Assembly (NCBI GenBank): GCA_016744315.1
Contig: JADGER010000001.1
Coordinates: 353-64,352 of the forward strand
Origin: Sulfurovaceae bacterium
GTDB lineage: Bacteria; Campylobacterota; Campylobacteria; Campylobacterales; Sulfurovaceae
DNA length: 64,000 bases
Direction of reading: 5' to 3'
Shown here: positions 19,182 to 28,764 of the stretch, one piece after another
How the letters are laid out: each line of letters opens with the position of its first letter
Numbering within the stretch: position 1 is the stretch's first letter
Translations under genes and position numbers: made by a program
The notes under the pieces: model-generated
Databases searched by the model: none
Told to the model about the DNA's origin: nothing
The model's input: the letters and a program-made list of their open reading frames with translations, nothing else

Positions 19182-20108
19182 ATGAGCCAAGAACTCAAAG
19201 CATTAATAGACTCTTATAGAACTATTACTATTGTCTCTCATATAGACCCTGATGCAGATGCCCTTGGTACTTCATTAGGTATTTATAGCTTACTTAAAAA
19301 TTATGGGAAACAGGTTGAAATTGTTAATTATTCGTCTACACTTCCACAACATTTAGATTTTCTTCCAAATTTTTCTAAAATAAAATCAAAAATGAGTTAT
19401 GATAAAAGTCTTATTATTGCCTGTGATTGTGGAAGTTTAGATAGATTAGGTTTTGATTTTTCTGCTAGAGATATTATCAATATTGATCATCATGAAACAA
19501 ATACATTATATGGAAAAATAAATATTATTAACGCTTCTTTGGCTTCAGCTTCGTATGTAGCATATATTGAAATGAAAAAGTATTTTCCTATAACTGCGGA
19601 TGTTGCAACCTGTTTTTATACAGCCCTTGTCTCTGATACACAATACTTTAGCACAAATAATGTGGATAAAGATCTTTTTACCTTTGCAATGGAACTTATT
19701 ACAAGTGGTGCCAACCCAAAAGAGGTCTCATTTAATTTAAATTCCAGAAAGTCTTTAGCCTCTGTTCGTATTCTCTCCAAAGCACTTTCCACACTACAAC
19801 TTCACCAAAATGCAACTATTGCTTCAGTAAAAATTGACAACAATATGATATTATCTACGGGTGCAATTATGAGTGATATGGTAGGAATTGTAGATATCCT
19901 TCGCTCTCTTGCTACTGTTGAAGTTGCTATAGCTCTTATAGTTCAAAATGACTTAATCAAAGTCTCATTAAGAAGTAAACATAAAAATCTCTCTACAATA
20001 GCACAATATTTTGGTGGCGGTGGTCATCCTAATGCATGTGGATTTACTTATGCTACTACGAATACACAAGAGCTTTTAGATAAAATTCTACAAAAATTAA
20101 ATGCTTAA
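19182..20108 (+). CDS. nrnA: DHH/DHHA1 phosphoesterase (NrnA-like oligoribonuclease / pAp phosphatase)
   Basis: HIDPDADALGT, NIDHHETN and GGGGHPNACG motifs. Confidence 0.8.
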   Translation: MSQELKALIDSYRTITIVSHIDPDADALGTSLGIYSLLKNYGKQVEIVNYSSTLPQHLDFLPNFSKIKSKMSYDKSLIIACDCGSLDRLGFDFSARDIINIDHHETNTLYGKINIINASLASASYVAYIEMKKYFPITADVATCFYTALVSDTQYFSTNNVDKDLFTFAMELITSGANPKEVSFNLNSRKSLASVRILSKALSTLQLHQNATIASVKIDNNMILSTGAIMSDMVGIVDILRSLATVEVAIALIVQNDLIKVSLRSKHKNLSTIAQYFGGGGHPNACGFTYATTNTQELLDKILQKLNA

Positions 20109-20120
20109 GGATCAGAAGAA

Positions 20121-21545
20121 ATGAGAAAATATAGACGCAAAAGAGGAAGTGGTACAGGGTGGTTGATTCTTTTGTTATTGATACTAGCAGTTGCTGTAGT
20201 AGGAGCTGGATATATCTATACGGCTAAAGAATTTGAAAGAGTCAAACCTACTATCCAAACACCAAAGTTTTCATATTGGAATTTAAAAGATCCATTGAAA
20301 ATAACACTTAAAGATAACTTTGGACTCAAAAGCTACCAAGTATTTTTAAGTGATGGTAAAAATGAGGTTTTGGTTGTACAAAAAGATAGTTTAAATCTTG
20401 AAGAAGAAGAAGTTTTAGTAAGCTATCCTAGAGGTAAGCAATTAGATAAAAGTGCAAAAACAATTCAACTCAAAATAAAAGTTACTGATGCTAGTAGATG
20501 GAATTATTTTACAGGGAATAGTGATCAAAAGAGTATAGAGTTTAAAGTTGATAATAAAAGACCTATAATAAATATTCTATCAAACTCTTATAGTATTACA
20601 CAGGGTGGAAGTGCTTTGGTTATTTTTCAGGCATCTGATGATGATATTCTCTCTGAGGTTTATATCCAGACAGCTAATAATAGATACAAAGCCCAACCAT
20701 ATAAAAAAGAAGGCTACTATGTATCTCTTATAGCTTGGCCTTTTAGAGAAGACAATTTTCAGGCTAATATAATAGTCAAAGATAGAGCTGGAAATAGTCG
20801 TACCTCAGAAGTTCCTCTTTATACTAAACAAAGAAACTATCGTGTATCTTGGATTCAAGCTTCTGATAAATTTATTAATGGAAAAATTACTGATTTAGCA
20901 GAACAAGATGAAAAATATATGAAATCAGATAAACTAGAAAAACTTAAATCAGTCAATGAGACGATGCGTATTGATAATGAAGATCTTATTAAAAAATATA
21001 CTTCTAATATCTCTACAGAGATTCTTAATAAATGGAAAATTCATAAATTTTATCCTCTTAGAAATGGACAAAAAGTAGCAAGTTTTGGAGATGATAGACA
21101 TTATTATTATGGAACAAAAGAGAATGAAATATCTCAATCATATCATCTAGGATATGATATGGCTAGTACACAAATGGCTGATCTTGTAACTTCAAATGAT
21201 GGTACAGTTGTTTTTGCTGAATATAATGGTATCTATGGAAATATGCCAATTATTGATCATGGATTAGGACTCTATACTCTCTATGGACATTGTGCTACAC
21301 TTAATGTCAAAGAGGGTGATAGTATCAAAGCTGGAGATAAAATAGCCCAAACAGGTAAAACTGGTTTGGCTCTTGGTGATCACCTCCATTTTGGTATATT
21401 AGTTCAAGGTGTAGAAGTACGACCTATAGAGTGGCTTGATAGTAAATGGATTAGAGATAATATTGATAAAATATTTAAAGATGCTGATGCTATTATTAGC
21501 CCTAAGAAGCCAAATAAAGAGAATGCAGAGAAAAAAAAGGCATAA
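20121..21545 (+). CDS. M23 (LytM-type) metallopeptidase with a membrane anchor
   Basis: N-terminal TM and a C-terminal LytM core HLGYDMAS..GDHLHFGI. Confidence 0.85.
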   Translation: MRKYRRKRGSGTGWLILLLLILAVAVVGAGYIYTAKEFERVKPTIQTPKFSYWNLKDPLKITLKDNFGLKSYQVFLSDGKNEVLVVQKDSLNLEEEEVLVSYPRGKQLDKSAKTIQLKIKVTDASRWNYFTGNSDQKSIEFKVDNKRPIINILSNSYSITQGGSALVIFQASDDDILSEVYIQTANNRYKAQPYKKEGYYVSLIAWPFREDNFQANIIVKDRAGNSRTSEVPLYTKQRNYRVSWIQASDKFINGKITDLAEQDEKYMKSDKLEKLKSVNETMRIDNEDLIKKYTSNISTEILNKWKIHKFYPLRNGQKVASFGDDRHYYYGTKENEISQSYHLGYDMASTQMADLVTSNDGTVVFAEYNGIYGNMPIIDHGLGLYTLYGHCATLNVKEGDSIKAGDKIAQTGKTGLALGDHLHFGILVQGVEVRPIEWLDSKWIRDNIDKIFKDADAIISPKKPNKENAEKKKA

Positions 21546-21612
21546 TAAAGACTTTAGGTAGTTTCTAAAAATTATGATATAATTATTATAATAAATTTAA
21601 AAAAGGAGTGAG

Positions 21613-22500
21613 ATGATCAAGCAAAAAACAATTGCACAGGCTGTAGAAGTCATTGGAATTGGTCTTCATAAAGGAGAGCCAATTCGTCTTCGACTTGAAC
21701 CTATGGGAGCAAATAGTGGAATTGTATTTTATCGTGATGATTTAGCTGTGAGTATTCCTCTCTCTCCTGATAATGTTATTAATACACAAATGGCAACAGT
21801 TATTGGCAATAAAAAAGCTTCTATCTCAACTATAGAACACTTTTTAGCTGCTATTTATGCCTATGGTATTGATAATCTGCGAGTAATTATTGATGGGTCA
21901 GAAATGCCTGTTATGGATGGGTCTGCTATTAGTTTTTGTCTTCTTTTAGATGAGGCAGGGATTAAAGAACTCGACTCTAGTAAACAAGTTATTATAATCA
22001 AAAAAGTTGTAGAAGTCAGAGAAGGTGATAAATTTGCTCGACTCTCTCCTTCTTCTACTGCATCATTTAATTTTGAGATAAAGTTTCAACACCCTGTGAT
22101 TGGACAACAACATAAAAACTTTGCACTCAGTAGAGCTGGTTTTGTAGAAGAGATAGCTAGGGCTAGAACTTTTGGTTTTGTCAAAGATATTCAATACCTA
22201 CAGAGTCAAAACTTAGCTCTTGGAGCAACACTGCAAAATGCTATTGGATTGGATGAACATAAAATTCTCAATCCTGAAGGCTTGCGGTTTGAAGATGAAT
22301 TTGTTCGCCATAAGATATTAGATGCTATGGGTGATATGATGGTGACTGGACATAATATTTTAGGTGAGTATACTGCTTTTGCAGGAAGCCATAAACTCAA
22401 TTATGAACTCGCAAAAGCTCTCTTAGCAGATAGTAAAAACTATGATATGATAGCTCTTAAAACTCTACAAAGTAGCCAATTTGCAAAAAGCTTTGCCTAA
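21613..22500 (+). CDS. lpxC: UDP-3-O-acyl-N-acetylglucosamine deacetylase
   Basis: GIGLHKGEPIRLRL, STIEHFLAA and FVRHKILDAMGD motifs. Confidence 0.93.
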   Translation: MIKQKTIAQAVEVIGIGLHKGEPIRLRLEPMGANSGIVFYRDDLAVSIPLSPDNVINTQMATVIGNKKASISTIEHFLAAIYAYGIDNLRVIIDGSEMPVMDGSAISFCLLLDEAGIKELDSSKQVIIIKKVVEVREGDKFARLSPSSTASFNFEIKFQHPVIGQQHKNFALSRAGFVEEIARARTFGFVKDIQYLQSQNLALGATLQNAIGLDEHKILNPEGLRFEDEFVRHKILDAMGDMMVTGHNILGEYTAFAGSHKLNYELAKALLADSKNYDMIALKTLQSSQFAKSFA

Positions 22501-22510
22501 GTATACCCTT

Positions 22511-22948
22511 ATGGTTATTCCTCTGTCTGTACCTCTTTTATTGGGAGTATACAAAGATAATAGATTACTCAAAAGAGTAGAGAGTACCCAAAAGACATCT
22601 CAAATACTTCTTCCTTTGATAGAGGATATTCTCAAAGAGTATCCTATAGATAAAATTGTATATACTAATGGTCCAGGAAGTTATATGGCTATTAAACTCA
22701 GCTATATTATGCTTAAAACTATAGAAATAATCAAAGGCATACCCCTTTATAGCTGTAGTGCTTTTGAGACAAATAACAATCAACCTATTAAAGCTATAGG
22801 AAATCTCTATTTTATTAAAGTCAAAGAAGATATAATAAGTAAAAAATTTGAGACAGCGATTAAACAGCTCTATTGGCTTCCCATTTCGCTTGATACAATC
22901 AAATTAGAACAAGATAATACACCAGACTATCGCTTACCAGCAGTTTAA
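22511..22948 (+). CDS. Short TsaB-like protein (t6A complex dimerisation subunit); tentative
   Basis: [15 protein letters not shown] resembles the GPGSFTGLRIG block of TsaB. The start is moved to the ATG after the lpxC stop. Confidence 0.45.
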   Translation: MVIPLSVPLLLGVYKDNRLLKRVESTQKTSQILLPLIEDILKEYPIDKIVYTNGPGSYMAIKLSYIMLKTIEIIKGIPLYSCSAFETNNNQPIKAIGNLYFIKVKEDIISKKFETAIKQLYWLPISLDTIKLEQDNTPDYRLPAV

Positions 22949-22962
22949 AAAAAAGGGAATAT

Positions 22963-23844
22963 GTGTTTATAAGTGTACCAGCCACTAGTGCTAATCTAGG
23001 TCCAGGATTTGATAGTCTCGGACTTGCTATAGACCTTCGTAATGAAATTCTTATTACACCTTCAAAGTTTTTGAGTATCTCCACACAAGGAGAAGGATCA
23101 AATAGTCCAAAAATTAAAAAAAATACACTCTTTTTAAATATTTTTAATGAAAACTATAAAAGATTAACAAAAAAAGAGCCAATTTTTCGTTTTGAATTTA
23201 CTAATAGAATACCTATATCAAGAGGTTTAGGAAGCTCTTCAGCAGTAATCGTAGCCTCTATTACTGCTGCGTATGTAGCAGCAGGTATAAAATATAATAA
23301 AAGAGAAATTTTAAATCGGGCTTTACTGTATGAAAATCATCCTGATAATATTACACCTGCTGTTATGGGTGGCTTTAATGTAGCCTGCGTAGAACAAGAT
23401 AGAGTTTATAGTAAAAAACGAAGACTCCCTGATATTCTAAGAGCTGTAGTTGTTATTCCAGATAAAACTATCTCTACTGCACGATCAAGAACAGTACTGC
23501 CTAAAGTGTACAAAAAAGAAGAAACAATCTATTCACTTTCAAGAGCTGCATTTATGACATCTTTGTTTATGAGTGAGTCTTGGGATCTTTTGCGTATCGC
23601 ATCAAAAGACAAACTTCACCAGAGTAGACGAATGAAAATGATGCCCGAACTATTTGAAGTACAGAAGTTAGCACTCAAACATGGTGCATTAATGAGTACT
23701 CTCTCTGGAAGTGGCTCTACTTTCTTTACTTTATGCTATAGTTGCGATGCAGATAAAATCACAAAAGCCCTACAATATAGATTTCCACAATTTAGAGTTT
23801 TGAATAAGGCTCTTGATAATTATGGTGTTACAACAAAGAGTTAA
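22963..23844 (+). CDS. thrB: Homoserine kinase
   Basis: [11 protein letters not shown] and the GHMP-kinase loop [14 protein letters not shown] start. Confidence 0.9.
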   Translation: MFISVPATSANLGPGFDSLGLAIDLRNEILITPSKFLSISTQGEGSNSPKIKKNTLFLNIFNENYKRLTKKEPIFRFEFTNRIPISRGLGSSSAVIVASITAAYVAAGIKYNKREILNRALLYENHPDNITPAVMGGFNVACVEQDRVYSKKRRLPDILRAVVVIPDKTISTARSRTVLPKVYKKEETIYSLSRAAFMTSLFMSESWDLLRIASKDKLHQSRRMKMMPELFEVQKLALKHGALMSTLSGSGSTFFTLCYSCDADKITKALQYRFPQFRVLNKALDNYGVTTKS

Positions 23845-23866
23845 ACTCTTTTTAGGTATAATATCA

Positions 23867-24118
23867 ATGAATTCAATAAAAAAAAGAAAACCAACCCGAA
23901 TGTGTCTCTCTTGTCGTCAAAGAGCTATTAAAAAAACATTGGTAAGACTTCAACAAAGTGAAAATGAGATACTATCCTATCAAGGAGTTGGTCGAAGCTT
24001 TTATATCTGTCATGAATGTATCAACAATGAAAAAAAAATCAAAGGTTTAACGAAGCGTTTCAAGCAAGACAAAGAACGGTTTATTAAGTTTTTAAAGGAG
24101 TTAGTCAAGAATGGATAA
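23867..24118 (+). CDS. ylxR: YlxR/DUF448-family RNA-binding protein
   Basis: RMCLSCRQ near the N-terminus. It lies immediately upstream of infB and overlaps it. The start is moved to MNSIKK. Confidence 0.7.
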   Translation: MNSIKKRKPTRMCLSCRQRAIKKTLVRLQQSENEILSYQGVGRSFYICHECINNEKKIKGLTKRFKQDKERFIKFLKELVKNG

Positions 24119-26831
24119 AGTTAAAATCCAAGAGATTGCAGCGGAAGCTGGTCTCTCTAATACAGTGTTATTGGGGAAAGCCAAGGAATTAGGGTTTAAT
24201 GTTAAAGTAGCCAATAGCTCTATTAGTATGGAGCAAGCAGGTATACTTGTTGATTATGCAATTAGTGGAACACTCCCTAGTGGCTATAAAAAGCCTATAC
24301 AAAAATCTAAAATTACTATGGTAAAGAAGATAAGAAAAGTAGAGAAGCCAAAACCTGCAGTTGCAGAAAAGCCTGAAGAGCCAAAAAAAGAAATTATTGA
24401 AGAAGTCAAAGCAGAAAGTATTCCTGTAGAAACTCCAACAATAGCTCCTAAAGAGACTCCTGTCACTGAAGCTCCTACAACAGAAGCCAAAGATGTCATA
24501 GCACCTAAAGAAGAGCCTAGCACTGAAGAGGCTATAGCTCCAGAGGTAAAAAAAGTTGTTCCTAAAAAGAGAAAAGGGATTACAGCTGTTTCTCGCAAAA
24601 AAGTAGAACCAGAAATAACTGAAGAGAGTGAAACAACTGAAGAAGGTGAAACAAAAGAGGTAGTAAAACCAAGAAGAAGAGGTCTCTCTCGTGGAGGTAT
24701 TACTATTGTTAGAAAAGCCAAACCTGCTCCTGTTAAGAGAAGTATTCGTATGGCAGATAGTTCTTCATTTATCCCTAAAAAGAGAAAGCCAAAGAAAGCT
24801 GCTGAAGCAAAAGAAACTGGTGAAAAACTAGAAATCATGACTAACAGAGAGTTTGGTGGTAGTGACGAAGTTTATAATGATGCAGAAGTTGTACTCTTGG
24901 ATTTCTCTGATAAAAATATTTATGAAGAAATGAAACGCCAAGACGAAAGACGAAAAGCTGAGCAGAAAAAACGAGGTGTTGGAACAAACACATTTAGACC
25001 GCAACAAAAACGATCTATTCGTAGAGGAAGCAAAAAGCGTAAATATATTAAAACTGATGAAAATAGCGAAAAAATAACTGTTATTGAAATTCCTGAAAAT
25101 GTAAGAGTATACGAATTTGCAGAAAAAGTAGGAAAAAATGTAGGAGAAGTTGTAAAAGTTCTCTTTACACTTGGAACTATGGTTACAAAAAATGACTTCT
25201 TAGACAAAGATGATATTGAAATTCTTTCTGAAGAGTTTGAAGTTGAAGTAACGACTATTAACCCTCTTGATGCACTCAATTATGTAACTGCTTATGATGA
25301 CATAGCTGATGAGAATCCTGAAGAAAGACCGCCTGTAATTACTATTATGGGACATGTTGACCATGGAAAAACTTCACTTCTTGACAAAATTAGAGAAACA
25401 AAAGTTGTTGATAAAGAAGCGGGTGGAATCACTCAGCATGTAGGTGCGTATCAAGTAGAAAAAAATGGTAAAAAAATTACTTTTGTTGATACTCCAGGGC
25501 ATGCTGCCTTTACAGAAATGAGAGCAAGAGGTGCACAAGCTACAGATATAGTTATTATTGTTGTTGCTGCTGATGATGGTGTGAAACCACAAACAAAAGA
25601 AGCAATTTCTCATGCAAAAGCAGGGAATGTACCAATGATCGTTGCTATCAATAAGATAGACAAAGAGAGTGCTAACCCTGAGATGGTAAAATCACAACTT
25701 GCAGAGATGGATGTCTTGGCTGTTGAGTGGGGTGGTGAAGTAGAGTTTGTTAATGTATCTGCTCATAGTGGAGAAGGTATTGCTGATCTTCTTGATACTA
25801 TCTTAGTTCAATCAGAAGTCATGGAACTTCAAGCTGATCCATCAAGAGAAGGAAAAGCTATTGTTGTAGAAAGTTCTTTGGAAAAAGGCTTTGGACCTGT
25901 AGCAAATGTAATTGTTCAAAATGGTACACTCCGTGTAGGAGATAGTGTAATTGTAGGAAATACTTATGGTCGTGTGCGTGCTATGCGTAATGACGAGGGT
26001 ACTACAATGAAAGATATTGGACCAAGTACACCTGCTGCTATTGTAGGGCTGAGTGAAGTACCTAGCTCTGGTGAAGTTATGCTTGTTATGAGTAGTGAAC
26101 GAGAAGCCAAAGAGTTAGCAAACAAAAGAGCTGAATATGCTCGTGCTAAAGAGTTATCAAAAAGTACAAAAGCAACAATTGATGATCTCTCTGCACTTAT
26201 TGCAGAAGGACAACTTAAATCACTTCCTGTTATTATCAAAGCAGATGTTCATGGATCTCTTGAAGCTATCAAAGGTAGCCTAGAAAACCTCAAAAATGAA
26301 GAAGTGAAAGTTAATATTATCCATGAAGGTGTTGGTGGAGTTACAGAGAGTGATGTAACACTTTGTGATGCAAGTCAAAACTCTATTATTCTTGGATTTA
26401 ATGTTCGTCCTACAGGAAGTGTCAAGAAAAAAGCAAAAGAGTTAGGTATTGAAATTCGTTCATACTCTATTATTTATGATTTACTTGATGATGTCAAAGC
26501 ACTTCTTGGTGGTATGATGAGTCCTGTTATTAGTGAAGAAGTTACAGGTCAAGCAGAAGTTCGTGAGACATTTACTGTAGCTAAAGTAGGAACTATTGCT
26601 GGATCTAAAGTTATTGATGGTTCTATTATTCGTGGAAGCAATGCACGAATTATTCGTGATGGTGTTGTAATCTACACAAGTAGTATCTCATCATTGAAAC
26701 GATTTACTGAAGATGCAAGAGAAGTGAAAAATGGTTATGAGTGTGGTATTATGATGGATAAATATAATGACCTCAAAGCTGGTGATATTATTGAAACATT
26801 CAAAGATGTAGAGGAGCAAGTCTCTCTATGA
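24111..26831 (+). CDS. infB: Translation initiation factor IF-2
   Basis: G domain [17 protein letters not shown] and NKID; a long Lys/Glu/Pro-rich N-terminal region; 906 aa. Confidence 0.97.
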   Translation: MDKVKIQEIAAEAGLSNTVLLGKAKELGFNVKVANSSISMEQAGILVDYAISGTLPSGYKKPIQKSKITMVKKIRKVEKPKPAVAEKPEEPKKEIIEEVKAESIPVETPTIAPKETPVTEAPTTEAKDVIAPKEEPSTEEAIAPEVKKVVPKKRKGITAVSRKKVEPEITEESETTEEGETKEVVKPRRRGLSRGGITIVRKAKPAPVKRSIRMADSSSFIPKKRKPKKAAEAKETGEKLEIMTNREFGGSDEVYNDAEVVLLDFSDKNIYEEMKRQDERRKAEQKKRGVGTNTFRPQQKRSIRRGSKKRKYIKTDENSEKITVIEIPENVRVYEFAEKVGKNVGEVVKVLFTLGTMVTKNDFLDKDDIEILSEEFEVEVTTINPLDALNYVTAYDDIADENPEERPPVITIMGHVDHGKTSLLDKIRETKVVDKEAGGITQHVGAYQVEKNGKKITFVDTPGHAAFTEMRARGAQATDIVIIVVAADDGVKPQTKEAISHAKAGNVPMIVAINKIDKESANPEMVKSQLAEMDVLAVEWGGEVEFVNVSAHSGEGIADLLDTILVQSEVMELQADPSREGKAIVVESSLEKGFGPVANVIVQNGTLRVGDSVIVGNTYGRVRAMRNDEGTTMKDIGPSTPAAIVGLSEVPSSGEVMLVMSSEREAKELANKRAEYARAKELSKSTKATIDDLSALIAEGQLKSLPVIIKADVHGSLEAIKGSLENLKNEEVKVNIIHEGVGGVTESDVTLCDASQNSIILGFNVRPTGSVKKKAKELGIEIRSYSIIYDLLDDVKALLGGMMSPVISEEVTGQAEVRETFTVAKVGTIAGSKVIDGSIIRGSNARIIRDGVVIYTSSISSLKRFTEDAREVKNGYECGIMMDKYNDLKAGDIIETFKDVEEQVSL

Positions 26832-27205
26832 CCCAAGAAGAGATTAAAAGACACCGTGTAGAGTCTGTACTTAAAGAAATTATCCCTGAGGCATTTAATA
26901 GCCTCAATGATAATCGTATTAACTCTTTGGTTGTTGTAGATGTTGTATGTTCCAAAGGGCGTAGTGATGCAAAGGTCTATTTAGAACCATCATTCCTATC
27001 CCTCAAAGAACAGCAAGAAGCACTCAAACAACTTCGTAGTGTTGCAGGATATATTCAAAATCATTGTAAGCAGACTGAGGGCTGGTTTAAAGCTCCTCGC
27101 TTTACATTTGAATTTGATGAACAGTTAGAAAAAACTATAAGACTCGAAGAGCTTTTTAAGCAAATTGAGAAAAAAGAACCTAAAGGAGAAAGTGATGAAT
27201 CTTGA
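26828..27205 (+). CDS. rbfA: Ribosome-binding factor A
   Basis: 125 aa. Its position after infB and the ..VVDVVCSKGRSDAKVYL.. pattern fit the RbfA KH-like fold. Confidence 0.85.
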   Translation: MTQEEIKRHRVESVLKEIIPEAFNSLNDNRINSLVVVDVVCSKGRSDAKVYLEPSFLSLKEQQEALKQLRSVAGYIQNHCKQTEGWFKAPRFTFEFDEQLEKTIRLEELFKQIEKKEPKGESDES

Positions 27206-27629
27206 TATTGAGATAGAAAAAATTGTCAAGGGAAATGATGCACTCTTTTATGATACTGAAGTAGTAACAGAGTTTGATGAAACAATATTTAGAGTATTTA
27301 TCACACAAGAAGGTGGTGTATCACTTGATTTATGTGCCACAATCTCTAATGAACTTTCACCTTTTCTTGATGTTCATCCACCAATGAATTCTCCTTATCG
27401 CCTAGAAGTAAGTTCTCCTGGTATAGAAAGAAAACTTACTAAACCTATACATTTTAAAAATGCTATTGGAGAAAAAATAAAACTTAAGATTCCTGATCAA
27501 GAGCGAGTTAAAGGTATTTTAAAACAAGCAGAGAAAACATCTATTACAGTAGAAACAAAAAATGGTGAAAAATCATTTTTGTATGATGAAATTTCTACAG
27601 CCAAAACCTATATAGAGTGGAACAAGTAG
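27195..27629 (+). CDS. rimP: Ribosome maturation factor RimP
   Basis: ATG at 27195 lies 6 nt after AAGGAG. YRLEVSSPGIERKL is the RimP signature. Confidence 0.82.
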   Translation: MNLDIEIEKIVKGNDALFYDTEVVTEFDETIFRVFITQEGGVSLDLCATISNELSPFLDVHPPMNSPYRLEVSSPGIERKLTKPIHFKNAIGEKIKLKIPDQERVKGILKQAEKTSITVETKNGEKSFLYDEISTAKTYIEWNK

Positions 27630-27651
27630 TCTCACTCTTATAGATAACTTC

Positions 27652-28752
27652 TTACTCCTGAGGCATACACTTTTGTATCTCACTCATACCTTTTGCCTTT
27701 TTAATACAATCCATTTGTGAAATACCTTGTGAAATAAACCCTAATATCTCTTTTTTGATTTGTGGATTCCACTCTTCAAAATCTTCTTCCTCTTCATTAC
27801 TCATTTTATTGGCTTTTTGATTACAAATATTTGCCTCTTTTAATGTATCTGCTTTTCCCAAACACTCTTTTCCAAATATCAGAATACTCTCTTGTGCTAA
27901 TATTTGCTCTTTCATTTGAGGTAACATACTCTTTTGCATAGATTTTAGTATATCTTGGCTTTGAGCTTTTGTGGGAGTTTCCCCTTTGGCAACACCTACA
28001 TTTGCCATAGCATCAGCCATAGAAGCTTTCATAAGAGCCATATCTTTACTTGTGTTGACCACATTTACTTCATCTTTATTATCCATAGATTCAAGTTTAT
28101 CTTTGGATAAAATATTCCCTTCCATATCATAGATAGGAAAACTAGGAAGTGCAAAAGTATCACTATTTGTAGATATATCAAATTCTATCTTTGTAGCAAC
28201 TTCTGTACTTTTTATACCCATCATATCTGTCTCTACTTTGAGTATAACTCCATTATGAATACACTGTTTTGTTCCCATCATAGACCAAATATCACACTTA
28301 TAGCCTAATACTTTATCTGTACCTATCTTTTTTCCTCCCATCTGAAGCATCATCTTCTTTCCTGCATCTTGGACTGTATTATCTTTAGATAGACCCATCA
28401 TTCCTATAGCTGGATTTTGCATACGAGTAACTCTTTTTTTGTTAAAATCAACCATATAAATAATAGACTTATTCATATAAGTAATTTTATGTACTTTATC
28501 TACTGTACTCTTTTTAGCAATAATACTCTTGTCTACTTTATTCTCTTCTATCAACTCTTTGGCTCCAAAGTTATCAAAAATAACTCTTTTCTTCCCTGCA
28601 CTCTGAGTAACAACTCCCATCATATTGCCAGAACCTGTAAGTTTATAGTCAATTTTAGCACTTTTAATATTATATTTTTTATACATATCTGCACCTACGA
28701 GCATACTACTAGCTAGTATTACTACTAACGAAACTTTTACTAATTTTATCAT
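27652..28752 (-). CDS. Secreted Met-rich protein of unknown function, with a Cys-containing C-terminal helical region
   Basis: Signal peptide MIKLVKVSLVVILASSMLVGA. Numerous Met and Met-Met pairs (GNMMGV, GMMGL, KKMMLQMGG, WSMMG, DMMG). It lies 12 nt downstream of the vWA gene. Confidence 0.6.
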   Translation of the reverse strand: MIKLVKVSLVVILASSMLVGADMYKKYNIKSAKIDYKLTGSGNMMGVVTQSAGKKRVIFDNFGAKELIEENKVDKSIIAKKSTVDKVHKITYMNKSIIYMVDFNKKRVTRMQNPAIGMMGLSKDNTVQDAGKKMMLQMGGKKIGTDKVLGYKCDIWSMMGTKQCIHNGVILKVETDMMGIKSTEVATKIEFDISTNSDTFALPSFPIYDMEGNILSKDKLESMDNKDEVNVVNTSKDMALMKASMADAMANVGVAKGETPTKAQSQDILKSMQKSMLPQMKEQILAQESILIFGKECLGKADTLKEANICNQKANKMSNEEEEDFEEWNPQIKKEILGFISQGISQMDCIKKAKGMSEIQKCMPQE

Positions 28753-28764
28753 TTTTCTTCTCCT

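Noticed and set aside
24284-26239. Several antisense ORFs (184, 119, 79 and 91 aa) inside infB. Similar ones occur inside groEL, glmM, purM, prfA, nusA and argJ.
   Set aside because: Each lies wholly within a strongly supported conserved gene on the other strand. The products are Ser/Ala/Ile-rich with no motifs. These are typical shadow ORFs.
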